Part shown: positions 12,166 to 26,749 of the stretch, one piece after another | Layout: every line of letters begins with the position of its first letter | Position numbering within the stretch: position 1 is the first letter of the stretch | Assembly (NCBI RefSeq): GCF_006345805.1 | Contig: NC_043011.1 | Location: 58,850,464 to 58,914,463 of the forward strand | Direction of reading: 5' to 3' | Source: Octopus sinensis | Lineage: Eukaryota | Length of the DNA stretch: 64,000 nucleotides | Program-made: the position numbers and the translations under genes | The notes under the pieces: model-generated | What the model was told of the DNA's origin: nothing | Databases searched by the model: none | The model's input: only the letters and a program-made list of their open reading frames with translations

Positions 12166-14336
12166 GAGATGATTACAATGATGTGACTATTATTTTCATG
12201 AGCCTTTTAGTTTCTGATTGTTTCTTTCATACATTTTCTTACTGTATGGGGAATGAACACCATCAATTTAAGTTTCTGAAGTCGATGCGTATATACAATG
12301 GAAGGGAAAAATGCCGCAAGAAAAGAAAATCAAATCTCAGAATAAGTATCTTTCCTGTTAGTCAATCAAAGAACTTTCCAAATATAATTATAGTCTTATG
12401 GAGATTTAGGAACTCATACTTGACTAGATAAGCAAGGCAAATAACTGCAATAGTTTTTAATGCAAATCAAGGTAGCTGTTGTGTCAGTAATTATTAGATA
12501 TGAGGCCTACTTTTATTCCATACACTATGAGTACAAAACCTCCAGCTTCATTTTGTTTTCATTTAAGAAAACTCTGTCTAGGATTAGATTACTCAGTGTG
12601 TCAGCGATTCTTTTAAATCGCAAATGTAAGAACATCTAACCTAATCTTTATCATCCCAAATGGAACAAAACAACTGTTTCTGTCTTGATGAGATATTTGA
12701 TATGGAAAAAAACAAATCCCAAATTGTACAAAACTGGGACGAGTGCTGTAAATACCAAAAATACAAGAGCAATAAAAACAAGTGATTGAAAATCGCCGGC
12801 AGCGAAAGTTACTCGTTAAATCATTTGAAAATATACGAACGCTATTAAGAAAACAACTCCTGTTAAAAAAAATTAAGAAATTGCTTTAATAGCATAAACG
12901 TAAGTATGAAATATGAACAAAAGAGAAACCGATCTCTCGTTAGCAACATTTGTGGTGGAACATTGTTGCTGATTGTAAATGATGGACGGATATCAAATAA
13001 GGATAATTGAAAAATCACCGATAACGATAAAAAATATAAAATCCTATACCACAGAATAACAATGATGCGAAAGCATTCGGAAATAAAATGCTGTAACACC
13101 CCTGGCTAGTAAATATCTACAGAGTGTTTAAAAGGATGCGTAAAGATAGACTGAAATACTTAGAAACGACTTATGAATAATAAATATAGCGTAGAGGAAA
13201 GCTTATCTTATTCCGACAGGCTGAACAAATATCCATTTAAAAATGCTATATATTTTTGTTCTTTCGTTTATATATGAACTGTTTTGGGTTACTTGTACAA
13301 AAATATTTCTTTCATTTCATTTAAATGTCAGGGACCCTCTGCTGCAAATGCATATATGGATATAAGGTTCACTTAATAATATTGATGAATGGAGGGTTAC
13401 TTCCATGATTTTGTTACCAGAATGATTTTCACTGTGAACGTGAGAACATGGATTCCATAAAAGATATCTAAGATTAAGATAACACTAATAACACGACAGT
13501 ACCAGAAACATGTTGCGAAGAACTGGAAGAGAGATAGAAAACTATTCGCACGAAAGGGGAATTATAAAAGGAAAAATCAAACGTTATCAGATGGAAATAT
13601 TCCAAAGGGAGTCACTGTAACTTGTAAATCGAAATTCATTGCATTAGAAATGCGTTTACGCAATCTTTTGAATCAGGAATTAGATATAAAACTTGAATTC
13701 GTGATACCGAAATTGAGTGCAGAAAATCAGAAGGGAATTCGGGTACAGATTCTATTTGGAAAATTGCATTAAGAGTTGTTCCAAGTAAGAAAAGTAGTTA
13801 TAAAAATAGTTGAAATAAAGGGAACCAAGTAAACCATATAGTAAACTAAGAGCTTCACATATTTAGAACTTAATAATATACACGGGTATGTCATGGAGAT
13901 TGGAAAGAAATTTGAGACGGAATATTAATTAGAAAATTATTATTTCAACTACCGAGATAAGCATCGCTCTTCCGTTAGAATAATAATCGATTCAATTGTT
14001 TACAGTATTGAACTGATATATAACTTTTATCGAAGTCTCATGGATAGAAAAAAAAACGCATAGTTGCCCCAGCTGGAAGGAACTTCGGAAAGTAGACGAA
14101 ACGAAATACTACAAGTCAGTTTCTTCGACACTCAGCTGATTAAAAATGCGCTAGTAATAACAGTCATTTTAATGAATTTTGCACCTCTTCGCACTATTAT
14201 CGGATCTCTTCTGGCATTTACGTTCCAAGAGTAAGTGCCAAAAATATCGACTTCTATTTTTCGGGTTATATACTCGGGTTCGAGTATATAAGTACCAGTT
14301 CATTGCTTGGGTAGATGCAGCCCCTTAATCCATTTC

Positions 14337-14337
14337 C

Positions 14338-14371
<34 letters not shown>

Positions 14372-14863
14372 CATTATTATTATTATTAATATTATTATTA
14401 TTATTGAGTGAGAGAGCAGTGCATGCCATCAAAGTGACACTGGGGTAAAATATAAGAAGCCCATGTGATAAGGGTACATCAGGCATATGCATCAGAAGCA
14501 TATGTGCGCGACATGGTGATCTCATATCAAGATAAACAGCGCATGACCTTGCAGGGGAGGCCTAGTTAAAATTTTCTTCATCTCGAGTAGCCCATTCCGC
14601 CCAAAAGGTCCCTGAATAAGGATTGTTTAAGGATGTTGGCGAAAAACTCATATTTCCAGAGATGAATTATTCAAACCCCAAAGAATTCCTCTCAACACAT
14701 GACTATGATGCTCCCCCTCCATTACTTCTGCTCGTTATCCGAGATGCACATATCGTCAACCACCAAGTGGCATGCTCAACTGGTTAAGGCCAAACAACTG
14801 ACAAGCCAATCTGAGGTATTGAGCAGAACATTTGCTGTAGCCCATCTTTTAGACAAAATACAT
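14337..14863 (-). mobile_element. 5'-truncated copy of a 570-bp (TAA)n-tailed non-autonomous element
   Basis: reverse-complement homologue of 19841-20410; (TTA)n tail at 14337-14404. Confidence 0.8.
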
Positions 14864-15317
14864 CACTATTGATATAGTGAAATGGCGATGAGAAAGACAA
14901 TCGTTGCTGTATTGCAGTTGGTTGTATTTTTAGCGGCACTTTACTTTCTGAGTTTGCTTTTCATCATTTAGGTATCGCTAAAATAACCAGTCAAATACAA
15001 GTGACTTTTACTCTCCTCTCAAAACCACAGAACTTGTACCTAAATGCCAACCAATTATTGTAATAATTATTATCATCGTCAGCTTGGTTTGAATGTAATT
15101 GTGGGGAAACAATCACTAGAACGTCGAATCCCACCGAGATCAGCTCCCTATTTTTCCCACCGGGAGCAATAAAATAGTAAATCAATGGCGTCAAAAGATC
15201 TATGCCGCCAAATTTACGGGACCTAGGCCTAAATTAGAAATTTTAGCTGTTTTAATTTGAGGACGATAGGCTGGTAATGTGAGAGAATGGCCCACATCGA
15301 CAAATCCACCGTAACAA

Positions 15318-15367
15318 TTCTTTACAGTTCTTTACAGTTCTTTACAGTTCTTTACAGTTCTTTACAG
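15318..15367 (+). repeat. five perfect tandem copies of TTCTTTACAG
   Basis: read directly. Confidence 0.95.
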
Positions 15368-18300
15368 AAGAACACTGATGGTGAGAAACATATAAATGCC
15401 TGTTTTGGATAAAGAAAATTGGGGATAACCATAATTGCTAGTCGTAAATAAAATAAGAGTCAAAGAGTCCAATGTTTTTATCACTTCACTGGCACTGCGA
15501 TATGCCTGTGCCCAGGTCCTTTAAGTCCTAAAAGACCCAGCTCATTTTGCTGGTTTAAGCGAAAAACATAATATACAATCTTAACCAATCAGGCAGAGAA
15601 ATCGTCTCAGTCTTTGTTCTCACATTTGTTGATGCTATTGTTTTTGCTGTTGATATTCAAAACCAGATCATACCAGTTTGAACAAGTTTATAATCCAAGG
15701 TATTCCATTTTATATTTCTTTATATCTTCAGATATATGCGATGTTTACGCATAAAAGTTGTGATATCGTCAGGAGTTGATTTCTGTATCTGTCTGGCAAA
15801 CGACTGTGCGCTAGATCGCTTATAGCCTTCTTGTCTGCATCCACTATCACCTCACTATATTAGGAATTGCTTCAAATTATATTGCATCTCATGTGTAATA
15901 TTTATCAAACGCATAAAAATCATCTGTTAATTATTCTCACGAGATATTTTCGTCCACATGGAAACTCTATTAACATATAACATAAATTCTCTGCCACACT
16001 ACAATATTTGCTACAGATTACATTATTTCTTGTCATTAAGCAATAAAATAATTGTTAATTCAATGATAAATTTTGATGTAATTAAAATTCTCTAGCCAAA
16101 ATTATTTAGCTTACATAGCTGATTTTATTCATTAAAAACGTAAATAATTATACAGAATAATACGATAAAAATGGCGACTAGATATATCACAATAAAGCAA
16201 TTTCAATAACAAACCCACAGAAGTATTTACTGTTATCCACTCATGTTTAATTTAATTTATTCTGTTAAATAATTTCGTTGATTCTATTGCAAAAATCTCA
16301 TACTTTTAATATTGAATATAAATTTTGAAATTAACAAAATATTTGCCCAATAAGGATGCTTATTCGGTTTTTACCTTTGCCCAACAACAGCAGAACGAAA
16401 TGACATTTCACGTTTATTCCACACTGTTTTATTATATTTGCGAGAATATACATTTCTCAACTTTATAAATGTCATAACTTAAGTTCTGCTTACTATTTAT
16501 TTTAACAGAAAATTAAAAATTATGCCACAGCTGAAAATACCATTCCTGTTACATATGCCATGAAGTACCTTAGCGAGAAGACCATAGATTGGGTTGGCAT
16601 TTAGTGAAAAGAAAAATAAATGCAATATAGTGCGTGTAGCACATACGAAAATAAGATTAACAATACAAGAGTCGGAAATACATTGTGGCATTATCTGTAA
16701 CATTATAGGGAAAAGCTCTTTCACGAATTTTCAACATTCTATTATATTTATAGTTATCATCTCTTTTGTTCAACGTTTTGATAGTTTTAATGATAAACAC
16801 TTCTCTGTAATATGTATGGTCTATACTAAATCAATTGTGTGCCTTTTACACGAGCATACACCGTTGCTGGATATACTATGCTGTATTTGGGGGGAATACA
16901 ACAGCATGACACAGTCGGTGACTGTTAGTCACATCTATAAGGATTTATCTAGGGCTAAAGAGAAAATCTAAATTAATAATTAGCATATCACAAAAGACAA
17001 AAACCCATCATACAATTAAGCTGTACGGGTGTGAAGGATAACGGAATCGGTTTTGGAATTTATTATACTGTTCTTTATTTTCTTTTCTTCATGGTGATGG
17101 TAATCATGATGTAAATGAAAAACAAATCTTTGCAAAGATTGAACCAGAATTGAATATTTACGAGACGTTTTATTTAGCAAGATTTCAAAATTCTCACAAA
17201 ACAGAATAACTATTACATTTATTATTTGATTCAAAATTCATAAATAGGTGAAAAACTTTTAAAGCACAGTGATAATGTAAACAAAACCAGAGTATATAGA
17301 ATCATTTATAGAGTTTCGAAAGAGATATTCATAACCATTAATAAATTTGATAATACAGCTTTATGTTTACAATAATTTTATATTTTCTTTATGAAAAATT
17401 ATATATTCTGTCCAAACTCACAGATAAAAATATCATTAGAATATTGATAATTCGTAAGACATATTTATATAAAAACTTGGTGTTAAAAGTGTTATTAGTA
17501 GAATTCATGTGCAACAAAATGACCAGTGAAGCGATTCCTTCAGGAGTATTACTAAAGTTCCGTTAATAGAATAATTGAATTTCCTAGTCCGAAAATCAAA
17601 AATAAAATTATGGAAAGATAATAAAAGTAAAAAGACAAAACGTATTAATATAGATCTCGGCAAATCTGTGAACTATAGAACAAAACTATTTGCTGTATTT
17701 TCTTGTGAAATAAGGGAAAATTGTTCAGATAATTTTGTCTTGTGCAGTTTTTGTATTTTACTCCCTGTGGAAAGCAATAAAAATCTATATGGATGCAAAA
17801 CTGATAAGTCATCTAGATGGGGAGGGAATAAACGATAACATTTGATTGAATTACGATAAGTTACTTACTTTCTTAGACGTTAAAAGATAAGAATCAAAAT
17901 AGAATTGATGACGGACTTGGTTTTTTTTAATGTTTTTTTACACAATTTTTGTTTTTATTGTTTTTCACACAGGAAATCATTTCTTTTCATAGACTGAATT
18001 TTGTCTTAGATTTTATGACAAGCAATAAGTTGCTATTGTAAATATCAATTAAAAGGCAAGATTTCACAAGGTCCCTAACACATTATATTTAATTAGATTC
18101 GGTTAATGTACACATCTTTCTCTGCCAGAATTTAATGCCGGCCAATAAAGTTCATACATTTGACACATTGGCGAAATGGTTAACGTTATTCTGATAAAGA
18201 AGAAAGATTTTAAAACAATACAATGCTAAAAAACATACGGTATGTCTGACTTGGGCAATAGGCTAATTTCTACTTCCTGTTTCACATCAGAATTTTATGT

Positions 18301-19245
18301 TTTCTGTTTTTTTGTTGCTTTTTTATCAAGTGTCTTTTGGTCAGGTGAAATATTAGAAGACGACATCAGATTTGATGAGGTATTCCTCCATCGGCTATTT
18401 TGCCTTCACAGAAACACACTGTATAATATGGCCATATTTTCTGTGTTCCTAGTGTAAGTAGGGATGGCCAAATCTAGATTAATTCATATTTATAATCCTT
18501 GATCAGCGCTAAAAGTATGGATAAACAGTAGAAATAAGCAATGATATTTGCATGAAGAATTTTGATACGAATTTTAAAATATACATTAATATTTTTATTG
18601 TCACAAGAGAAAACATTTGGTGGTTTCGGCAGAGTTGGTCAGAAGGTAGTCAAAATGATTCGTCTTCGTAGCATTTGTTCATGTCCCTTAACATTCTGTA
18701 TTCCTATTTCTACGGCTGTTGTATTTTATTATTTCGGTGTCGATAAACCAACAAATCAGTTCCATGAGGTAAATATAATCATCCAAACCATTCTCCAAAA
18801 TATTTAACCTTCTGATTATGCTATAAATCAATATTAATGTACACATAACGAAAGTGTCTGCGATAAGAAAAAAAAATACTCTGAAGCTAGCAGGAGTTTT
18901 CAAAGAAATTAAGACAGAGAAATGCATTTATAAAACCAACCATCATTTTCATAATTAAAACAATATTATTCATTAACTAATATTGGTTTTTCATTAACCT
19001 ATAATTAATTTTTTATGAAACTTTCTGATGATTAATGCATTAAATATGTTAGTATTAACATATTTAAAGCAGTATGTTTTCGAATTGCATCTCTCAGCAA
19101 TTTATTCTTTAAAATACATTCATTGTCTACACTTATTGAATATTGGATGTATTGTGAATTACTTTCCGAACACTACTTCCACATCTACAGCAAGTTCTAG
19201 TCGAAAAGTATTTGATAAGAATTCAACGTCTCTAAATTTGTATTT

Positions 19246-19255
19246 AATAATGATA

Positions 19256-19299
<44 letters not shown>

Positions 19300-19375
19300 T
19301 AAATATAATGATAATAAAAAGTAAATAAGTAATAATAATAATTACTATTATTATTTACTTATTAATAATAGGTAA
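19246..19375. repeat. (TAA)n array
   Basis: read directly; lies immediately upstream of the Dong/R4 fragment. Confidence 0.95.
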
Positions 19376-19377
19376 AT

Positions 19378-19824
19378 AAATTGGTACGACCACAAACCTG
19401 AAGGCATCGTCGAAAATAGAAATGCAAAGATCCTATGGGATTTTATGATTCAGTGCGACCATGAGATAGAGAATAGGAAGCCAGACATAGTCTTAGTCGA
19501 GAAAGAAAAAAACTATGCTGGATCATAGATATAGCATGCCCAGCTGACAACAAGGTATGCGATAAGGAAGAAAGAAAAGTCGAGGGATATGACAGGTTAG
19601 CTTGGGAAGTTGATGAAAAAGGTAGTCGTGGGAACAGAGAGCCAAACCCTTGAGAAACACATTGAACAAATTGGGGCTCCAATAAGTGTGAAACACTCGC
19701 AGAAAACAGCAGTGCTTGGAACCGCTCGAATACTCCGGAAGGTGCTCACTAGTAGTGAGCAGCTGACACTGTAGTACATCTCCAGCGTTAGAAGCTGTGC
19801 AAACGCTATGATAATAATAATAAG
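19378..19824 (+). pseudogene. R4/Dong-clade LINE 3' end: restriction-like endonuclease (PD-(D/E)xK) domain plus (TAA)n tail
   Basis: WYDHKPEGIVENRNAKILWDFMIQCDHEIENRKPDIVLVEKE /frameshift/ LCWIIDIACPADNKVCDKEERKVEGYDRLAWEV .. KTAVLGTARILRKVL; stop at 19772-19774; TAA tail. Confidence 0.9.
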
Positions 19825-19840
19825 TAAATAGATAAATAAA

Positions 19841-20397
19841 TGCCGTGGGGCAATACCAGGCAGTGGCTCACATGGCTTCTGATCTTAAATGATTGGAAGG
19901 CTTATCACGTACATTGTTTTCTCCTCTGTATGAAAGATGGGCTACAGAAAATATTCAGCTCAATTCCACGAATTTCCCTGTCAGTTGTTTGACCTTAACT
20001 AGTTCAGCATGTCCCGTGATGGCTGACGATATGTGCACAACTGATCACGAGCTGAAATAATGGGGAAGCACCATAGCCATGTATTGAGAGGAATTCTTTG
20101 AGGTTTGAATAATTCATCTGGTGAACCATAGGTGTTTAGTACATCATCCTTAAACATACCTTATTCAGGGACATTTTGATGCGGATGAGCTACCGGACCT
20201 AAAGAAAATTGTAACTAGGCGCCAACCTGCAGGTCCATGTCCTGTTTATCTTGATATGAGATCACCATGTCACGCACATGTGGTTGGGATGCATGTGCCT
20301 GGTGCACCCTTATCAGACGGGTAGACATGATGGGTATATTGGGCTGCGTATAATTGCACCACAGTATCACTTTGATGGCAGCCGCTGCTCTCTCAGT

Positions 20398-20410
<13 letters not shown>
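19841..20410 (+). mobile_element. 570-bp non-coding element ending in (TAA)n
   Basis: second copy at 14337-14863 on the minus strand; no tRNA A/B box or long ORF seen. Confidence 0.8.
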
Positions 20411-20587
<177 letters not shown>

Positions 20588-21598
20588 TCAGGCCTTCACT
20601 ATTCTAACAACACAAGTACGTTTGTTTTCTTCATACGGCAAACGTCTACCATTCTCTGATACAATTTTTAAAAAATTCTGTTTCTAGGTGCATTATGAAA
20701 TCTTGTGCTTAGCTTCCATCATGCCCACGTACACACACAAACACACACACGCACACACGTATCTGCGCGCGCAAACACACAGACATACCACATACATATA
20801 TCTATGTGTGTGTCTGCGTATGTGTGTGTCCTGTTATGCACGCGCGCGCTTTTGTATTATAATTGTTCTTTATGGACTATGTATAATATATATGTTTTAT
20901 TTTTACAATTTATAATGCGAACATAAATTTATTGCAATTTCCATATACGAGAAGAATTCTTTTCAAATACTTTTTTCCTCCGTGACAAATACAGAAATCT
21001 CCTTTTATTGCTACTGTCACCAAACTTCGAATTCAGCTGTCAGTGTTGTACTAACCTCAAATAAGTCGGTTTAACTGTGGCACTAACAAACATATCTCAA
21101 GCCATTCACCAATATAGAACCTTGCAAATAGTCAGTTGATCTGCTAGAAATAGCATCTAGGGCTTTCTTCCTCGCCTCATACCCTCTTAAATGTGGGCAC
21201 TTAGCAAAATGTGATACAGGACAAAATGTGATACTGTGACAGACGGAAAATAAGTTGAGACATTAAAGTTGCATTCCAAACGGGGACCCTAATACTTTTC
21301 GTCGATCACAGTTTACTTGGAAATAAACACCCTCGTCACTTTGAAGTAACCATATCACAAATAAATGGCCATTCGACATATTGTTAAACGCAGTCTTCAA
21401 CTACTATCTTCCAAACACTCTCATACATATAGTTATTTATGCTTTTATATACAATTGATCTTTACCTTCACTAAAACTGCCTTTTCGCACATATTGTTGA
21501 AGGTCTTATGTAATCATCCGATTTGCTGGGGTTTTGCCACATTTATATGTTTTTGATCTCTAATTTCCGGTATTTCTAAATTTTTTTATAGTTATATA

Positions 21599-21665
21599 GG
21601 CGCAGGAGTGGCTGTGTGGTAAGTAGCCTGCTTGCCAAGTACATTGATCCGGGTTCAGTCCCGGG
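21599..21665 (+). mobile_element. SINE family B, tRNA-head-only fragment
   Basis: GGCGCAGGAGTGGCTGTGTGGTAAG...GGGTTCAGTCCC matches the head of 39791-40205. Confidence 0.8.
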
Positions 21666-21949
21666 AAAAACATACACCTGCTTGGCTCTTGCCTGAGACA
21701 AGAGATGTTATTCATCACAAACTGCTTTGTGATATAGAATGATTATAAATTTTGTTTTGCAGTAGCATTTTGTTTATATTATTTCCTTTTACAATTGAAT
21801 TTTAAAATACTTCTTCGCAATATAGTATTGCTTCAACCAAAAGTGTGAATCCTTGTAATATTTTAATTGAAATAAACTCACACTCACTCGCATATACACA
21901 CATATATACAGACAAAGAGAGATTGAGAAAAAGAAAGAGAGTTAATGGC

Positions 21950-22400
21950 TTAGTGAACCAGCAAGGATTTCACAAACTGTTTGTCAGAGTTCCATGTCAC
22001 AGATCATCGGTCTGTCGTAAATGTTTATAAATATTTAGAAACGATGCAGTGATAATTTTTCAGCAACTCGTGAAACAAACATTTGAAGTTCATTGGACAG
22101 AAGACGGATTACTGAATTTGAAAACGGTTATCTGTTGCATGCCAACGATTCGCCGTAGACGAAAAATTGCAAATAAAAAAATCGAGTCGAAATTTATATA
22201 AAAACTGAATACAATACATCACTGATATAGAGGGAAATAGGTACAGAAATTGAAGCAGACGGGAAATAAGGCATATTTGTACTCATGATTTTAAGAAAAT
22301 CATGAGATAATAAGAGAGAAATTATGTGCTGCTATATCAGAATGTATGTTTTTAAATTATGATTTTATCGCTTTTGAGATGTTTCATAAATATTGGCTTC
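21950..22400 (+). pseudogene. decayed LINE RT remnant (RTE-like)
   Basis: LLHAND (YADD-like) and an EIEA..YL.S-like segment; heavily disrupted. Confidence 0.3.
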
Positions 22401-22469
22401 AAGTCTTCGCACAAAGCGAGCAATTCCAGGAGAAACGTGATAATCATTTACAACGATTCATATACTTCA

Positions 22470-22600
22470 CCTATACTTTATTTATCGACCTTGAAAGAGT
22501 AAAAAGGTGACAATGACCTCAGCATGATTTGAACTGAGAACGGAACGCATCGAAAGAACTTATTTTTTGTCCGACGCACTAACGAACCTGCTTTCGAAAC
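22470..22600 (-). mobile_element. degenerate SINE family A
   Basis: TTTATCGACCTTGAAAG...ATTTGAACTGAGAACG...CTAACGA is similar to the family A reverse complement. Confidence 0.55.
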
Positions 22601-23874
22601 TACTTAAATGAAAAATATATAAATATATTAGGGATATAAAGATCTATCCTTCCACCTAAGTCGGTCTATTCTTCAGCATTTCATTTTCATAAAGTCATCA
22701 TAAATTCACACATATACAACTTCGGTTATTCTACCCAATCGCCAGCGAATATTCTTACTACTTCTGTAAAATGTGATTGAAGTGCACTTTTAAATCTCGT
22801 TTTCTTTTCTAAATATTTTTCGTATAACCTAATTTTATTCATTTATTCCGTTTTGTTTCTCTGGCATTGAACGACAGCTAACGTGAGGCACCACTTTCAG
22901 TCGATTTAATAGATTATATCGACACCAGGATTTTTGTCCTGTACTTATTTACTCCAACAAGAAAGAACAGCGTCGACCGAAATATTCGTTTATATTACCA
23001 TGTTATGTCATATCTAGATGTTTATAACCCCCTACACATATCTGAATTTTTACATTTTATGTTGTAATTGCGACTCATTACTTTTTACTAAATCTACTTC
23101 TCAACTCACGAAAGTGACACGCATTTCTTCTAATTCCTAATTCTGTCCCCATGACATCGTTAAACCCGTCTAAAGTTTACGCTAATAATTTGCTTTTATT
23201 TTCCTGATTTGCAATCAGTTTAAGGGCATAAGTGTAAAACGTGATCGATTCCATGCTGAGTATATTTTGATACTGCATGCGGATTGCTCACCATGTTCAA
23301 TACGGCATCATGCAAATTACAAAAGGTACAAAGAGGATATACCATATTCAGAGAATCATGAAAATTCCTCTATTGATTTTACTGCGCTCTATTCACCAAT
23401 TCACTAGTTTTATTTTCCAATATATAGAAATATCTACTGTCAGTTTTTATATCGCTTTATACTAAATCTATCGAGTTTTTTGCTATAGATATATGAACGG
23501 TCATATCACAGGTTTTTGTATAGATGGCCTTCAATAAAAAATGTGTATGCTCTTTTTATGTTAATAATTGGTCTGTAGTTCCTATGCTTTTTCAGCCATA
23601 TTCATTTTGCAGCCAATATATTATACACTGTCATTTATAAGTCTATGTATACTATCAGTTAGATTTCATAAACAAATGCAAACATAGCCTCAGACATTAT
23701 TCTGCGGTTAAGAGGCTTGCTACACAAATATGTAGTTTCGAATTCAATGCCTCTGTCTCAACTCTCGCAATCGTTTTATACTAAAGTCCCCGACCGAACG
23801 ATGCCTCACGAAGAAAATAGTAGTAAATCGAAACTCTGTACAACCTCAGATAATGTATATATCTGTATTCATAT

Positions 23875-24087
23875 GGTGGCGAGGTGACAGAAACGTTAGC
23901 ACGCCGGGGGAAATGCTTAGCGGAATTTCGTCTGTCTTTAGGTACTGAGTTCAAATTCCACCCAGGTGGACTTTGCCTTTCATTCTTCCGAGGTTGCTAA
24001 ACTAAGTACCAGCTGCGTACTGGGGTCAATCTAATCGTCTGGCCGCCTCCCTCAAATTTCGGGCCTTGTGCCTAGAGTAGAAAATAA

Positions 24088-24088
<1 letters not shown>
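23875..24088 (+). mobile_element. tRNA-derived SINE family A
   Basis: GGTGGCGAGGTGACAGAAACGTTAGCACGCCG..GAGTTCAAATTCC..CTTTGCCTTTCAT; many homologues in the window. Confidence 0.85.
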
Positions 24089-24126
<38 letters not shown>

Positions 24127-24699
24127 GTATTTGTGTGACTGTTTTGCTGCTGGACATTTCGTGCTGATACTGGTTTAACCTCACAGAGTCGATGAACTGA
24201 ATCCTGGCTGCAGGCAACCCAGCGTGGCTGTATTCCAGTAATTAGCAAGTAAAAGAATATAGAAATATCGTTGACAGGGCAATGCTGGAGCGTCAGTGAG
24301 ATTGCTAGAAATAGCAGCCAAACATTCAATATTCACTACACCGTCTCTAAGCACATGGGTCCTCAACATTAAATGGATAAAATTTCTAAAGAATTGCCAA
24401 GACTAGATTGCCGGTCTGTTTCAACCACGTATTTACCAAAGATCTGTGTTCTCTATTGGAACCTAGTAACGCTTACAAGACAATAATTCCAACAACGACA
24501 ACAACATTCTTTCGATTTTTGCTTTTTAAGTTGCTCATGTTCGGCAACCACGGAACTGTACTATTTTATTTATTTGCAGAAGAAAGGATTTTCTTTCCTT
24601 AACTAATAAATCCCTTTATACTCTGTCAATACACAAGAATTTCTTGTAACACTGGATTTCAATTCAATATCAGTTATAGCTGTATCTGTTTGCCTTCGT

Positions 24700-25700
24700 T
24701 GTTCCTCTTCTAGTTAGCACTTCTATTCTGCGCCATTGTTCTACATTCGTCTTCAGTAATCGTTACAGCATCTCCCCCTTTACCTTCTCGTCGTGTGAGT
24801 TTACGTATTTTTTTCCTCAGAAACGTAATAATCGATTTTGCATTGTGTAGAATATGTGAGCAATACTGATTGCATGCTGTTGTTTTTTCTTTCATTTTTC
24901 TGTTTACACTACGTATATTTGTTTAAAATCTTATATAACCATACAGATATTCCTTTGCATTTCTTATTATATTTTCTTTCAAGTATCACATATTTTTGTA
25001 TTTTACAATTTCAGCTTCTCTTTCTCAATTATATTTATATGCTTACGCAATCAATTGATGCTATCTTCCAACCTTATTCCCTACAATGCTTCTAGATTGT
25101 TGTTCTTATTTACTTCTAGATTTATTCCACATTTTTCACTAACGCAAACCTTTGCAGCTATGATTAATTTAATTGTCCTCGTAATAGTGTCACTTCTCGT
25201 GCAAAGCAGTGCGCTATTGATTTTACTCGTGATTTCCCTAACCTGTTCGTTGTATATTTCTAATTTGATATTTTTCAGAAATCATTTCTAAGAAGGTTCT
25301 CCATTTTCGTTTCTATTTCTGTATTATTTTTGGCCAATTTACCATTTTTGTTCTTTGATTCCCAATAAATATTTTCCTTTCCTTTCTCTACATACATAAG
25401 TATATACATATTTCTTCAGCGGTTAATTCTTTTACATCTTCATTATATTACTTTGAACTTCATTTAGATCCTGATATGATCCAATCTTCATTCTGACTCT
25501 CTGATAATGGATTGTGTATTGTATTTACTGAAACATAATTGTCTAATCTTCTTTCATTCAACGGATGGAAAAATGCATTTCTGCTTATCTTGCAAAAGCA
25601 TTCCTTATAATTGTTCATTAGCTTGCCAGCTAGGAAATTATATTCTATAAAGCTCTGTATATGCTTTAGTCACACTTATAAGTATATTTATTTTGCAGTC
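24700..25700 (-). pseudogene. decayed N-terminal ORF region of an R4/Dong-type LINE
   Basis: Minus-strand peptides KLIIAAKVCVSEKCGI and RLEDSIN*LRKHINIIEKE resemble, from recall, the pre-RT region of R4/Dong ORFs. Confidence 0.4.
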
Positions 25701-26119
25701 ACAAAATGTTCACAGCGTACGTACTGACTCTGATTTGTGATATGTTGTCATTTAAATGTTAAGCATCATTTTTACAGACAGCTGTTACATCCGTGATCCT
25801 GAAAATGTGTAGCTGCTCATGTTTCTGCATATATCATGCATAAATCCCCACTTTATATTTATATACCAAAGCAGCAAAGATCAAAATCAGCAATAGCTAA
25901 GACGGAAATAAATGTTCCAAATGTATGAGATTTCTTTTCGAAAATATGCTTCTGTTTTCTTTAATACTTTGTCAAAGATCTTATTTAGAATCTTAGATGT
26001 TTTATGCAAAAAGATAGCTTACAAGTAGCAATCTTATTATCAGTATTTTCATCTTTTCTATTATCATTTCATAGTATTAATTACAAAGTTCGGCACAACA
26101 CAAACAAGTTCGGAGGTCG

Positions 26120-26287
26120 GGTAAGTCGAAGACATCGACACCAGTTCTCAACTAGTTCTACTTCATTGAACCGAAAGGATGAGAGGTAAAGTCGAGCTCG
26201 GCGGAATTTAATCTCTGAACGTCCAGCGCGACGAAATACCGCGAAGCACTTTACCCAGGGTGCTAACTATTCTGCCATTTCGCCACC
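26120..26287 (-). mobile_element. SINE family A
   Basis: reverse complement of the family A head and body. Confidence 0.8.
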
Positions 26288-26749
26288 CTTATTTTACAAT
26301 ATTAATATTAAACATAATTACACATTATCAAACATTAAACATTGTTAATATTGAAATACTATTAACATTAAATGAAGCCCAGTTCAATTTATTAAGCATT
26401 ATTATTGAGCATTAACCAAGTAAACCTTCGTTGTAAGCACATTAATCGCAGTATATGGCATTTAACCAAATTCATTGGTAAAATAAATACTTTCTGTCTA
26501 AATTCAGTGTATCGATTTTTAGTTTGGAAAATACATTTTATTTTCTCAACTGCATTAAATACAATTCATGTCAGTGCACATTCATTTACGCATTAGTTAG
26601 ATATCTCAATCTAAATTTGAAACGTATTCATTTTCAAGTGATTTCCAGAATCATTGAATGGGTCCTTGTTTGATTATGTTCTTGGGATTATCTCTGCTCT
26701 GGGCAAAGTCGCGATGAGACTATTTGTTCGAAGGCTTACAACCCGAGAA

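Noticed and set aside
15318-15367. Short direct repeats here and at 1205-1258 as CRISPR-like arrays
   Set aside because: No unique spacers, no cas genes, and the context is eukaryotic.
19842-19899. Two stems at the 5' end of the 570-bp element (GCCGTG/CATGGC and TTCTGATC/GATTGGAA) as a possible HDV-like ribozyme
   Set aside because: I could not place P2, P3, L3, the GG of P1.1 or the catalytic C; the topology does not fit HDV.
21599-21665. tRNA-like sequences at SINE heads (also 8648, 39791 and others)
   Set aside because: They have A/B boxes but no complete cloverleaf and continue into SINE bodies, so they are not tRNA genes.
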